DNA from: a bacterium
GTDB lineage: Bacteria > Verrucomicrobiota > Lentisphaeria > Victivallales > GWF2-38-69
Direction of reading: 5' to 3'
DNA: 64,000 bases
Assembly (NCBI GenBank): GCA_021781705.1
Contig: JAJXWI010000005.1
Location: forward strand, 1,130-65,129
Shown here: positions 1 through 8,293 of the stretch, one piece after another
Layout: each line of letters starts with the position of its first letter
Position numbering within the stretch: position 1 is the stretch's first letter
Translations under genes and position numbers: made by a program
The notes under the pieces: generated by a model
Told to the model about the DNA's origin: nothing
The model's database searches: none
What the model saw: the letters and a program-made list of their open reading frames with translations, nothing else

Positions 1-692
1 TGTAACGTAGAAAAGACAAGATGCCCTGTATCGGCAGCTTTCAATGCGGCGTCAAAACTCTCCTTGGAACGCATTTCACCTACTACGATAATGTCTGGAT
101 CCTGACGTAAACTGTGTATGATGGCGCTGTCGAATGAAATCGTATCAAGTCCGACTTCTCTCTGCTCAATAAAAGACTCCTTGTCTGTAAACTCATATTC
201 TATCGGATCTTCTATCATAATTATATGCTTTTTTTTAGTCTGGTTAATACTTTCAATGACTGATGCAAGAGTGGTAGATTTGCCCGAACCTGTAGTGCCG
301 GTAATAAAAACTATTCCGCGCTCTAATTCTGTAAGTTTTTTTATTTGCGGGGGAATTCCTAGTTCCTGAAAATTAAGTATTCTCGATTTTACATGCCTCA
401 TCGCTATAGCTGCACTTCCTCGTTGTTTGTGAATATTAACCCTGAAGCGGCCTACACCTTCTTCAACATAAGAAACATCAATGTCCCCGGCATCATGGTA
501 TTTCTGTTCCAAATCTTGACAGAGCATGATTTTTATAAACAGAGAAACAGCATTATCGTCAGCTACAAGATCGCTCTCGACAAGATCGCTGTTAAGTCTT
601 AAAGTAACGGCGCAGCCAGTTTTTATGTGAATATCCGAAGCCTTTGAATCAACAGCCAGTTTTAGAACTCCCTTGAAAGGATTTTCCTGCAT
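1..692 (-). CDS. pilT: Type IV pilus retraction ATPase, PilT/PilU family (N-terminal ~230 codons; 3' end runs off the window)
   Basis: Edge-truncated, so absent from the ORF track. Reverse translation from ATG at 692 (GGAGGA just upstream) gives FITGTTGSGKSTT (Walker A), HIIMIEDPIEYEF, QREVGLDT, LRQDPDIIVVGEMR, AADTGHLVFSTL. This is the canonical PilT motif series. Confidence 0.85.
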   Translation of the reverse strand, partial: MQENPFKGVLKLAVDSKASDIHIKTGCAVTLRLNSDLVESDLVADDNAVSLFIKIMLCQDLEQKYHDAGDIDVSYVEEGVGRFRVNIHKQRGSAAIAMRHVKSRILNFQELGIPPQIKKLTELERGIVFITGTTGSGKSTTLASVIESINQTKKKHIIMIEDPIEYEFTDKESFIEQREVGLDTISFDSAIIHSLRQDPDIIVVGEMRSKESFDAALKAADTGHLVFSTL

Positions 693-967
693 ACTTTTTC
701 CTCCGTCACGTCATTGAATTGACAGTTTATATGCTGATTGCACCTAAGTTAGTGTTTATAACAAGTTATCTCCTCGAAATATCCAGTAAATACTGGGGTG
801 TATCGATGAGTAAAACTATTACAAAACTAGGAGCGATTATAGCGGTATAATATGTTCTTTTCAATCACCTTCGCCACAAGTTAAGGTTTATTCCCCTAGC
901 TTTTTACAAATATGCAGACTCAAAATTTATATAGCTTGCTATGATGAGATTATCCCTTCTTTTTTCA

Positions 968-1597
968 TTAAAAAGTGTGTATGATCGTATCCGGCTTGAC
1001 TTTTTTACCTTTTAAAGCGTTTTGCGTCGGCTTGGAGCTGTAGTATTTAGGATCTATCCAGTTGATTGTTTTGCCTGCAGCTTCGGTTGCGTCATTTACT
1101 CCTGCTGCATATATCCAGCCAGGGGGAAGCGTCTTATCCATCCCTTTTATTACTAACAGTGATGAATGGTATTTTATAATTTGTTGTGCGGAGATCTCGC
1201 CTCGGGCTTGCCACGTCCCGTCGCAGTAACCGTGAATATACGAGAGGATTGTTAAGAAATTGCGCCAACTATATTTGGGGTCGTGTAAATATTGATGCAT
1301 AAAGTTTACTACATCGTCAATGTGTTCTTTGTAATCAATGGGGGGTAGATCTAACATAACACTGCATGGCGGGGTCAAGTTTGGGTCGATGGAAAGACTA
1401 TCAAAGGTTCGCGCAGCTACTATATCTTCTAAATTATTCTTGTCGTGTTCTCTTTGATCAGGAGAGTCACACCTGTACAATACATCTTTTATTTTTTCAG
1501 GAATTGTCACTGTTGACAATGCAAGAAGTTGGGTGTGACATGAGAGAATAACCCATGCGAATAGTAGAATTGTTTGGATTTTTGTGTTTTTTTTCAT
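968..1597 (-). CDS. Secreted protein of unknown function (YAAGVN-motif family, paralog of 60600..61826)
   Basis: The ORF track starts at TTG 1648. In-frame ATG at 1597 gives the signal-like MKKNTKIQTILLFAWVILSCHTQLLA. The C-terminal block GEISAQQIIKY...WIYAAGVNDATEAAGKTINW aligns with both halves of the 408-aa protein at 60600. Confidence 0.7.
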   Translation of the reverse strand: MKKNTKIQTILLFAWVILSCHTQLLALSTVTIPEKIKDVLYRCDSPDQREHDKNNLEDIVAARTFDSLSIDPNLTPPCSVMLDLPPIDYKEHIDDVVNFMHQYLHDPKYSWRNFLTILSYIHGYCDGTWQARGEISAQQIIKYHSSLLVIKGMDKTLPPGWIYAAGVNDATEAAGKTINWIDPKYYSSKPTQNALKGKKVKPDTIIHTF

Positions 1598-1637
1598 TCC
1601 CGACTCATTTTTTATTTGTTGATTATTAGAGACTTTT

Positions 1638-1803
1638 ACAAAACTCAAATGCTAGCGGTTTTGACCACCCTTGCATATCCGCAGTTGCGGGGGCTACGGT
1701 GTGGCAGGCGGAGCAAAATTCTCCATTTTCGAATCTGGAGAGTTCCGCTTTTTCCATGCGTTTTAGCAAGGTTGTCGAAACCGAAAAAGAGGTTTACAAT
1801 TAC
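1638..1803 (+). repeat. Type-1 intergenic hairpin repeat, copy A (carries a ~45-nt internal insertion)
   Basis: Aligns by eye with 38908..39028 (+) and 36002..36122 (-). Shared blocks: CAAAACTCAAA, AGCGGTTTTGAC, CTCCATTTTCGAATCTGGAG, CCGCTTTT, CCATGCGTTTTAGCAAGGTTGTCG, AACCGAAAAAG. The extra segment 1666..1712 is absent from the other copies. Confidence 0.8.
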
Positions 1804-1845
1804 AGCGTTAGTTTAATTATTATAGTAGATTCTTGCTCTTATTTT

Positions 1846-2868
1846 TTAGTCATTTGAAAGATCCATCTGATCCTTTTTACTCTCTTCTATATTCTTAATA
1901 AGCTCTCCAAAAGAAGGAAGCTCCTTTGCAGTTTGAGGATTCAGTAAGGGAGGAAAAGATTCTTTAAATTTATTTGTATATTGCTTATGCAAAATTTTTA
2001 ATTTTGAGAGAATCTCAGCCTCTAAGGAAGGATTCTTTGCAGCTCTTGCTGCATTTATCGCACTCTTGTAACATCTTTCAGCACCTTTAAAGTTGTCTTC
2101 TTTATTAATCAAATTTCCTAAAATAACAAGATCCCTAGCAGCCATAGAAGGATCTTTTATAGCTTCTGCTGCTATAATAGCATTCTGCCAAGATTCATTA
2201 GCATTGTTAAGTTTGCCTTGTTGCTTATGCAACAATCCTAAATTATAAAAACACCTAACCTCCATTGAATGATCCTCTGCAACCCTTGCTAACGATATCG
2301 CACGCTTACAATCTCTCTCAGCATCTTCAAGATAGCCTTGTTGCTTATGCAAAATTGCTAAATTTAAAAAAGCCTTAGCCTCTATGGTAGAATCTTTCGC
2401 AATCCTTGCTGCCCATCTTACACTATTGTAAAAACGCTCAGCATCATCAAGTTTGCCTTGTTTATGAAGCAAAGCTCCTAACTCAAAAAAGGCCTTGGCT
2501 TCCTGAGAAGGATTTTTTTCACTAATTATTCCCTTTAAATTCCAAGAAAATACTAAATCGGAATTAAATATGTTACCGTTATTAGCGAACTTCAGATCAA
2601 TAGATTGCTCTACTCTTTTTTGTGCTTCTATAAAAATTGTCTTTGCAACCTCCCAGGTTTGCACACCAGTTAAATCAAGTACAATGCATCCATCAGGAGT
2701 GATCCGGGGTTTGTTTGCTATTCTCTGAGTTTTTACAGAATTATTTTGAGTATCATAGTAAACTCGAATGTTGTCGGCATATAATTGATAACAATTTAAC
2801 ATTAGCAATAAGACACTTCCTGTCAATAGTACCTTAAACCTAGATATTTCGATAAATTGAGTTTTCAT
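1846..2868 (-). CDS. Secreted Sel1/TPR-like repeat protein
   Basis: Hydrophobic N-terminus (VLLTGSVLLLMLNCYQLYA). Four to five tandem 40-residue repeats of the form EAKAF.NL(G/A).LHKQQG.L.DAE....A...A..A.D.S. The DNA periodicity is visible as a recurring ttgcttatgcaa. Confidence 0.8.
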   Translation of the reverse strand: MKTQFIEISRFKVLLTGSVLLLMLNCYQLYADNIRVYYDTQNNSVKTQRIANKPRITPDGCIVLDLTGVQTWEVAKTIFIEAQKRVEQSIDLKFANNGNIFNSDLVFSWNLKGIISEKNPSQEAKAFFELGALLHKQGKLDDAERFYNSVRWAARIAKDSTIEAKAFLNLAILHKQQGYLEDAERDCKRAISLARVAEDHSMEVRCFYNLGLLHKQQGKLNNANESWQNAIIAAEAIKDPSMAARDLVILGNLINKEDNFKGAERCYKSAINAARAAKNPSLEAEILSKLKILHKQYTNKFKESFPPLLNPQTAKELPSFGELIKNIEESKKDQMDLSND

Positions 2869-3079
2869 AGTTTTTTATTCCTTACTTACTCTAATCCTTT
2901 TTTATTCGTTGATTATTAGATAATCGTTGAGCTAAACGATGCTTCTTTTTTGCGGCTTTTCAATTTTATCTTTATTTTTTAAATGGTTCTTTTGTGGAGT
3001 TTATTCTCTTTTGTTGAAAATAAGTCATTTACGTGAAGTAATTTCTCGTTTTAACTAAAAAGGTAAGATGAATTGCATT

Positions 3080-3123
3080 ATGAAAGAAAAAAGTAAAGAA
3101 AAATTGGTTCACACCAATTTTTC
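3080..3123 (-). terminator. Candidate intrinsic terminator downstream of ptsP
   Basis: Perfect 10-bp stem GAAAAATTGG/CCAATTTTTC (3098..3123), followed on the minus strand by a T-rich tract. Lies ~100 nt after the ptsP stop. Confidence 0.5.
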
Positions 3124-3222
3124 ATAACTTTTCATGAAACTTTTGACACTACCGACTTTTTTACGTGTGTTGATTTATTGTAATGATGTTTTTCCTTGCT
3201 CTATTATTTAACTCAAAGTGCT

Positions 3223-5556
3223 TTAAAACTTAATAAGTTCGAGCAGATTTTTTGCTGTGAAAAAATTCTTAAGAATTGATATTACTTCATTTTCATCTGA
3301 TGAAGTTATGGCTTTTTGAGTTAAATCAATACACTCGGAAGCGCTTAATTTTCGTATTAGGTTTTTAATTGGTGGAATCATGCTGGGCGTCATGCTGAGT
3401 TCATGAATGCCGGCGCCTATAAGGAGAGGGGCGAAGAACGGGTTTCCAGCCAGTTCGCCGCAAACTGAAAGAGAAAAGTTCTCTCTTTTATTTTCGCTGC
3501 AAATATCAGCTATATGCCTGAGAATTCTTATGAACACGGGATGAACTTGCAGGTTTTTATTATTAATTGACCCATTTGTCCTGTCTGAGGCAAAAGTGTA
3601 TTGGAACAGATCATTTGTGCCGATGCTTACAAAATCTACTTCGTGAATTATGCTGTCCAGCGCAAAAATAATAGAAGGCACCTCAATCATAATGCCAACT
3701 TTGTAGTTTTTTGAATGTTCTATTCCCTGTTCAGTAAGTTCCAACTCTATTTCGCGCAGGATTTTTTTTATTCTCAAGAGTTCGTCAATAGTTGATATCA
3801 TAGGGAGCAAGAGATTTAGATTCCCTTTCGTTCCGGCTCTAAGTATGGCTTTTAGATGTGGTTTCAGTATATCCGGTTGAGACAGCAGCAGTCTTATTCC
3901 TCTCATTCCAAGAGCCGGGTTGTCCTCTTTTTGCGTATTCAAATAGGGCAGGGGTTTGTCATATCCCGCATCAAGCGCTCTTATTGTAACGTCTTTACAG
4001 TTAACATGGTTGAAAACTTTTGAATAAATTTCGTACTGTTCTTGTTCGGTTGGCAGCCTGTCTCTTATCATGAACAAGAATTCTGTCCTGTAAAGGCCTA
4101 TGCCTTCCGCAATATATTTGTTGACCAGAGTTGTTTCGCTTATCAGTCCTATATTTGCTTTTAGTGTTACTTTTTTACCGTCAACGGTTATTCCTGGAGC
4201 GTGTATATCCTGATATGAAAACGACTCATCCTGGATTGATGTCAACACATTGTGATAGTGTTGTTTCATTTCTTTCGTAGGGAAGATATGCAACTTTTCG
4301 GAAAAACAGTCCAGTATGACTTCGTCACCATCATTTGCCAGAGCTATGGCATTTTTTGCATCCATCAGGGCTGGGATATTGAATGCTTTTGCCATAATAG
4401 ACACATGCGCAGAGACGCCGCCTCTTTCACATACTATTCCTTTTATGTCGTCTGTAGGTATTTTAAGCAGGTCAGATGGTAGAATTTCACTGGCTATTAT
4501 TACAAGGTTTTCTTTATTTCCGAAATTCCACTCTTGATTCCATCCTTCCGGGGACAAATTCTTTTTTTTCAGGGCAAGCACGGTATTTGCAAGCCTCGAC
4601 ATTACATCCTTTAAATCCATGGCTTTTTCTTTGAACGCCTGGTCACTCATTTTTGAAAACCGTTTGCTGTATTCCTCGTAAACAGTTTTTATGGCATACT
4701 CGGCAATGGTCTCATTTTTGTAAATTTCATTTCGTATTTTTGAAATGAGTGTTTTGTCTTCAAGAAAAAGCAGATGAGCATAAAAAATGGAGGCGTCAGC
4801 TTCTGATATCATTGAGAGCGCTTTTTTTTCGAGCGCGAGGGTTTCTTCTATAGTTTTACTTATGGCAACAGTTAGCACTTCCTGTTCTTTATCATTATTA
4901 AGATGCACGGCAGGAGTAATTCCTACAAATGGGCTTTCGGATTTAAAAATATAAGCCCTGCCTATAGCTATACCGGTGTTTCCAGCTTTTCCTACAATCG
5001 TTTTGCAAAGCCCGATGGGAGAAGTTTCTTTTTCCGGCAGTTGTGGCTCTTCTGCGAGAGAATCAAGTACACTGGTATTAAGTACCAGATTAGCAAGCTG
5101 AGTGCCGATTAAATTTACCATGTCTACTGCGGAATTTGAAAATTGCTCAGAGAGATCACTCTGAATAACAAGTACGCCCATGCACTGCGTGGCGATATTA
5201 AGAGGAACAGCCATAAGAGATTTAAATTCTTCTTCTCCTATGTCTTCAAAATATTTAAAATTTGGGTGAGTTTCAGGATCTTTTACATTCATTATCCTGT
5301 TTTCTTTAAAACTCGTGCCAGTTATACCTTCTCCGGGCTTCATTTTTACTTTCCCCACGGAATCAGGGTTTAGCCCGTATGTAGCATTCAGCTCCAGTTC
5401 ACCAGTTTTTTTATTGTAGACATATACGGAGCACACTTTCGCATTGAGCCCCTTTGCCAGAAGAGCTACAATTTCGGAAAGCATCGTATGGAAATCGTTT
5501 TTTTTGGCGATTACACTCGAAATGTTTTTTAATATGTCGAATAACTTTTCTATCAT
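3223..5556 (-). CDS. ptsP: Phosphoenolpyruvate-protein phosphotransferase with N-terminal GAF domain (EI-Ntr type)
   Basis: The N-terminal ~170 aa are GAF-like. The phospho-His region is ERGGVSAHVSIMAKAFNIPAL. The C-terminal part is a PEP-utilising TIM barrel (GLYRTEFLF, IGTNDL). The ORF track starts at TTG 5574; I prefer the in-frame ATG at 5556 (MIEKLFDILK). Confidence 0.88.
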   Translation of the reverse strand: MIEKLFDILKNISSVIAKKNDFHTMLSEIVALLAKGLNAKVCSVYVYNKKTGELELNATYGLNPDSVGKVKMKPGEGITGTSFKENRIMNVKDPETHPNFKYFEDIGEEEFKSLMAVPLNIATQCMGVLVIQSDLSEQFSNSAVDMVNLIGTQLANLVLNTSVLDSLAEEPQLPEKETSPIGLCKTIVGKAGNTGIAIGRAYIFKSESPFVGITPAVHLNNDKEQEVLTVAISKTIEETLALEKKALSMISEADASIFYAHLLFLEDKTLISKIRNEIYKNETIAEYAIKTVYEEYSKRFSKMSDQAFKEKAMDLKDVMSRLANTVLALKKKNLSPEGWNQEWNFGNKENLVIIASEILPSDLLKIPTDDIKGIVCERGGVSAHVSIMAKAFNIPALMDAKNAIALANDGDEVILDCFSEKLHIFPTKEMKQHYHNVLTSIQDESFSYQDIHAPGITVDGKKVTLKANIGLISETTLVNKYIAEGIGLYRTEFLFMIRDRLPTEQEQYEIYSKVFNHVNCKDVTIRALDAGYDKPLPYLNTQKEDNPALGMRGIRLLLSQPDILKPHLKAILRAGTKGNLNLLLPMISTIDELLRIKKILREIELELTEQGIEHSKNYKVGIMIEVPSIIFALDSIIHEVDFVSIGTNDLFQYTFASDRTNGSINNKNLQVHPVFIRILRHIADICSENKRENFSLSVCGELAGNPFFAPLLIGAGIHELSMTPSMIPPIKNLIRKLSASECIDLTQKAITSSDENEVISILKNFFTAKNLLELIKF

Positions 5557-5879
5557 GATGAAGAATCGAATCAAAGTGTGAAGAACCTTAAAGCTGACAT
5601 CTCAGGAAATTGCAGAAGCTTCAGGTTCTTTTCAAAATTATTAAATAGTCCCTCATTAAGATAATTTGGATATGTAAATATTCAACAATTAAATTAGAGG
5701 ACGCGCGAAATATCTTTTCGCATGGCATCTGATTGTGATAATTTTCGATAAAAGATATTGCAGCCTTTTGGGTAATGAAATAAAGTGTACTTTAATATAT
5801 GTTGAAATATGTATTGTGATTCACTCGATTTTAAAAGAACTAATTTTTACAAAACCTAATAATTAGGAGGAAAAACAAA

Positions 5880-6410
5880 ATGAAAAAGACGGTAGTGTGT
5901 TTTATCGTCGGAATGATTGGAGTTGTACAGTGCTTTTTCTGCATGGCAGAAGATGTAACGGCAAAGAAAGGTCCAGGTTTATGGGGATTTAATGAGGCAT
6001 CTTGCGAAAAAATTCAGGGCCTAATAGGAGACACAGACGCCCATGATATAGAGAAATTATGTGGCCAGTCGTCGGAAGAGCTTGCTGCTAAAATTGCTAT
6101 CATGCAAGTTTTGTTATTGAAAAAACAATTAGAACTACAACAGAAAAACGTAGTACTGGATATCAGTCCCGATAAAATAAAGGAAATCGTGCAAAAAATG
6201 TACTTGACGAGAGGTGGTGCAAATAGTAGCAACTTTGAGGCAGGAATGATTGACGGCAAGGCTTGGTATGATATAGCGATCCTCGGCCCCAAAGGTACAA
6301 AAGCATTGGAAATATATGTTAGGTATTATGTGGGAGGCTATTTTTATAATCAAGATTACCGTAATGGGGTAAATAAAGGCTCAGAAAAAACGTTCGGCTG
6401 GATATTGTAA
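5880..6410 (+). CDS. Small secreted protein, unknown function
   Basis: Strong RBS AGGAGG upstream and a signal-like MKKTVVCFIVGMIGVVQCFFCMA. No recognisable motif. Confidence 0.65.
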   Translation: MKKTVVCFIVGMIGVVQCFFCMAEDVTAKKGPGLWGFNEASCEKIQGLIGDTDAHDIEKLCGQSSEELAAKIAIMQVLLLKKQLELQQKNVVLDISPDKIKEIVQKMYLTRGGANSSNFEAGMIDGKAWYDIAILGPKGTKALEIYVRYYVGGYFYNQDYRNGVNKGSEKTFGWIL

Positions 6411-6549
6411 TTCATTCGGATTGAGTGAGAATTGCAGGATTGATTAATGAAAAAGGTGCTTTAATATGGCTGCAGTTTGCTTTTGAAAGCAGCGCGTATT
6501 AATTTTGAGCTAGTTTTTACAAAATACTCTTGAAATTTGGGTTGGTTTT

Positions 6550-7461
6550 ATGCGCGAAGACGAATTTTTGAAACGGGTTGTTCCTTTTTTCAAACAGGAT
6601 AAAGCGCGGGTTGTTGTCGACCCGGGGGATGACTGCGCCGTTTTGAAATACACTTCAGGGAAATATATGCTGTTTGCAGCGGATCAGGTAGTTTCCGGGA
6701 TTCATTATGAATACGATATGAAGAATTTGGCTCTTGTCGGAGCCAAACTGCTGAAGCGGAATATAAGCGATATTGCGGCAATGGGGGGAAATCCTTTGTT
6801 TGCGGTAGTGACTGTTTCCGCCAGTTCAAGTTATGAAAGGCTTGAGAAAATTTTTAAAGGGCTGGCAAAAGAGGCCAAAAAATGGAACGTAAGCGTTTGC
6901 GGCGGAGATTTTTCCGGTGCCCCGCGTAAGAACACGGAAGCATTCAGTCTTTCCATTATTGGTGAAGTGGATAAGAAAAATGTTTGCTTGAGAGCCAATG
7001 CGAGACCCGGAGATTTGCTGTATGCCACGGGAGCTTTTGGAAATTCATACTTTTCCGGTCATCACTTGAAATTTGTTCCTAGACTAGACGAAGGGATTTT
7101 TCTTGCAAATGGTTTTACGAAGGCCATGATGGACGTTAGTGATGGACTTCTTCTTGACCTGCAGAGGTTTTGCGACGCTTCAAATGTATCGCTCAAACTG
7201 GATACAGGGAAAGTTCCATGGAGAAAAGGAACGAAAGATTTGAAAAGCGCTTTGACAGATGGAGAAGACCACGAACTTATATTTGCCGTTAAACCTTCTT
7301 CGGAAAGGAAACTTCTAAAATCCTGGCCGTTTCCAAAGGTTAAGCTTGAAATGTTGGGTGTATTCGAAAAAAGAAATGGAAAATATATTATTTCTGACCT
7401 GAAATCCGGTACGAATTTGTTAAAAGAATATCAGCCTGGGTATGAACATAGAATTGGATAG
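6550..7461 (+). CDS. thiL: Thiamine-monophosphate kinase
   Basis: AIR-synthase-related N-terminal motifs GDDCAVL, AADQVVSGIHY and NISDIAAMGG, plus C-terminal DVSDGL and GEDHELIF. Confidence 0.85.
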   Translation: MREDEFLKRVVPFFKQDKARVVVDPGDDCAVLKYTSGKYMLFAADQVVSGIHYEYDMKNLALVGAKLLKRNISDIAAMGGNPLFAVVTVSASSSYERLEKIFKGLAKEAKKWNVSVCGGDFSGAPRKNTEAFSLSIIGEVDKKNVCLRANARPGDLLYATGAFGNSYFSGHHLKFVPRLDEGIFLANGFTKAMMDVSDGLLLDLQRFCDASNVSLKLDTGKVPWRKGTKDLKSALTDGEDHELIFAVKPSSERKLLKSWPFPKVKLEMLGVFEKRNGKYIISDLKSGTNLLKEYQPGYEHRIG

Positions 7462-7466
7462 TTGAT

Positions 7467-7494
7467 AGTTCGTGGTTCGTGGTTCGTGGTTCGT
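7467..7494 (+). repeat. Heptamer tandem repeat (A/G)GTTCGT x4
   Basis: agttcgt ggttcgt ggttcgt ggttcgt, starting 6 nt after the thiL stop. Confidence 0.9.
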
Positions 7495-7744
7495 TTTGAC
7501 GCTCGGGCTCGGCCAGAGTGAAAGATGAGAAATTTGCCCGGTTTTTTTATTTTCTGAAATTATAGGCTACTTCTAAAAACATCTTTTTGAAGTTTTATAT
7601 TCAAAAATGATGTTTTCAAAAATAATTTTACTATCAAAAGCTGGAAAAACTTGACATTCTAAACATCAAAAATTTGGAATTTACTCCAATGTTAAGTCAC
7701 GTGTTGCTAATATCCTTTCATTATACTGCCAATATACTATATCT

Positions 7745-7861
7745 TTACATATTATGGGCAAGGTTACTCAGTCCGATTTTGATATCGGCTCTTACTATTC
7801 CAATTGTTCTCACGATCAGAATCTTGGCTTTTTGAGCCTGGCTGCCGAACACATGCTCGAC
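7745..7861 (-). pseudogene. C-terminal remnant of an IS5-family transposase
   Basis: Reverse translation gives VEHVFGSQAQKAKILIVRTIGIVRADIKIGLSNLAHNM-stop. This matches the IS5-family C-terminal pattern VEHVFG...RTIG..RA..KIGL.NL.YNM. An in-frame stop lies immediately upstream and no further transposase sequence is recognisable. Confidence 0.5.
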
Positions 7862-8293
7862 TCACGAGCGAATTTTAGATCTTGTGTGATTTTACCGCCT
7901 CTCCCAATTGCTCAACTTCTTATGAAACAGTGATAGATGCCAAATACAAATCACTAGAAGAGGAAAACCTGAAGTAACCAGACCGCCACACTCTCTACGC
8001 TTTAGATTCAACAGCCAAAACTTGCCTTGCCTAATACATAATTATTGCGTAATCTTCTATAAACAAAATGTGATTTTGATACTTCATAGCAGATATTACA
8101 TTTTTAATTAATGTGCGAAATATTTTCACGCAAGAATGATAATACTCAAAAAAAGTGAATAAAACACACATAAAAATAAATCAAATAATTTAAATAAATT
8201 TGATCAATGTTTAAAAGCTTTTATCTTGAGGCAAATCCAAGAGTACTCTACATAATAACATTTTTTAGAAACAAAAAAAGGGAAGTACGTTTT

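Noticed and set aside
1721-1740. tRNA-like T-arm (CTCCA-TTTTCGAATC-TGGAG) suggesting a tRNA or tRNA-derived element
   Set aside because: The loop is 9-10 nt instead of 7. No acceptor, D or anticodon arms can be drawn around it. The same sequence is simply the apical hairpin of the type-1 repeat in all three copies.
1574-1816. 80-aa plus-strand ORF
   Set aside because: It spans the type-1 repeat copy A and the 5' end of the opposite-strand gene, so it is repeat-derived rather than coding.
7467-7494. Possibility that the short tandem repeats (also at 16210, 26436, 56427) are CRISPR-like arrays
   Set aside because: The units are 7 nt and directly abutting, with no spacers, and no cas genes are in the window. 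They are microsatellite-type heptamer repeats.
8207-8293. N-terminal extensions proposed by the ORF track (8207 for paralog 1; likewise 1648, 5574, 16203, 35156, 41999, 50532 and 58499 for other genes)
   Set aside because: The extensions start at non-ATG or unsupported codons without an RBS and are not conserved between paralogs. They would also bury clear signal peptides or lipoboxes. Internal ATGs with Shine-Dalgarno sequences were preferred.
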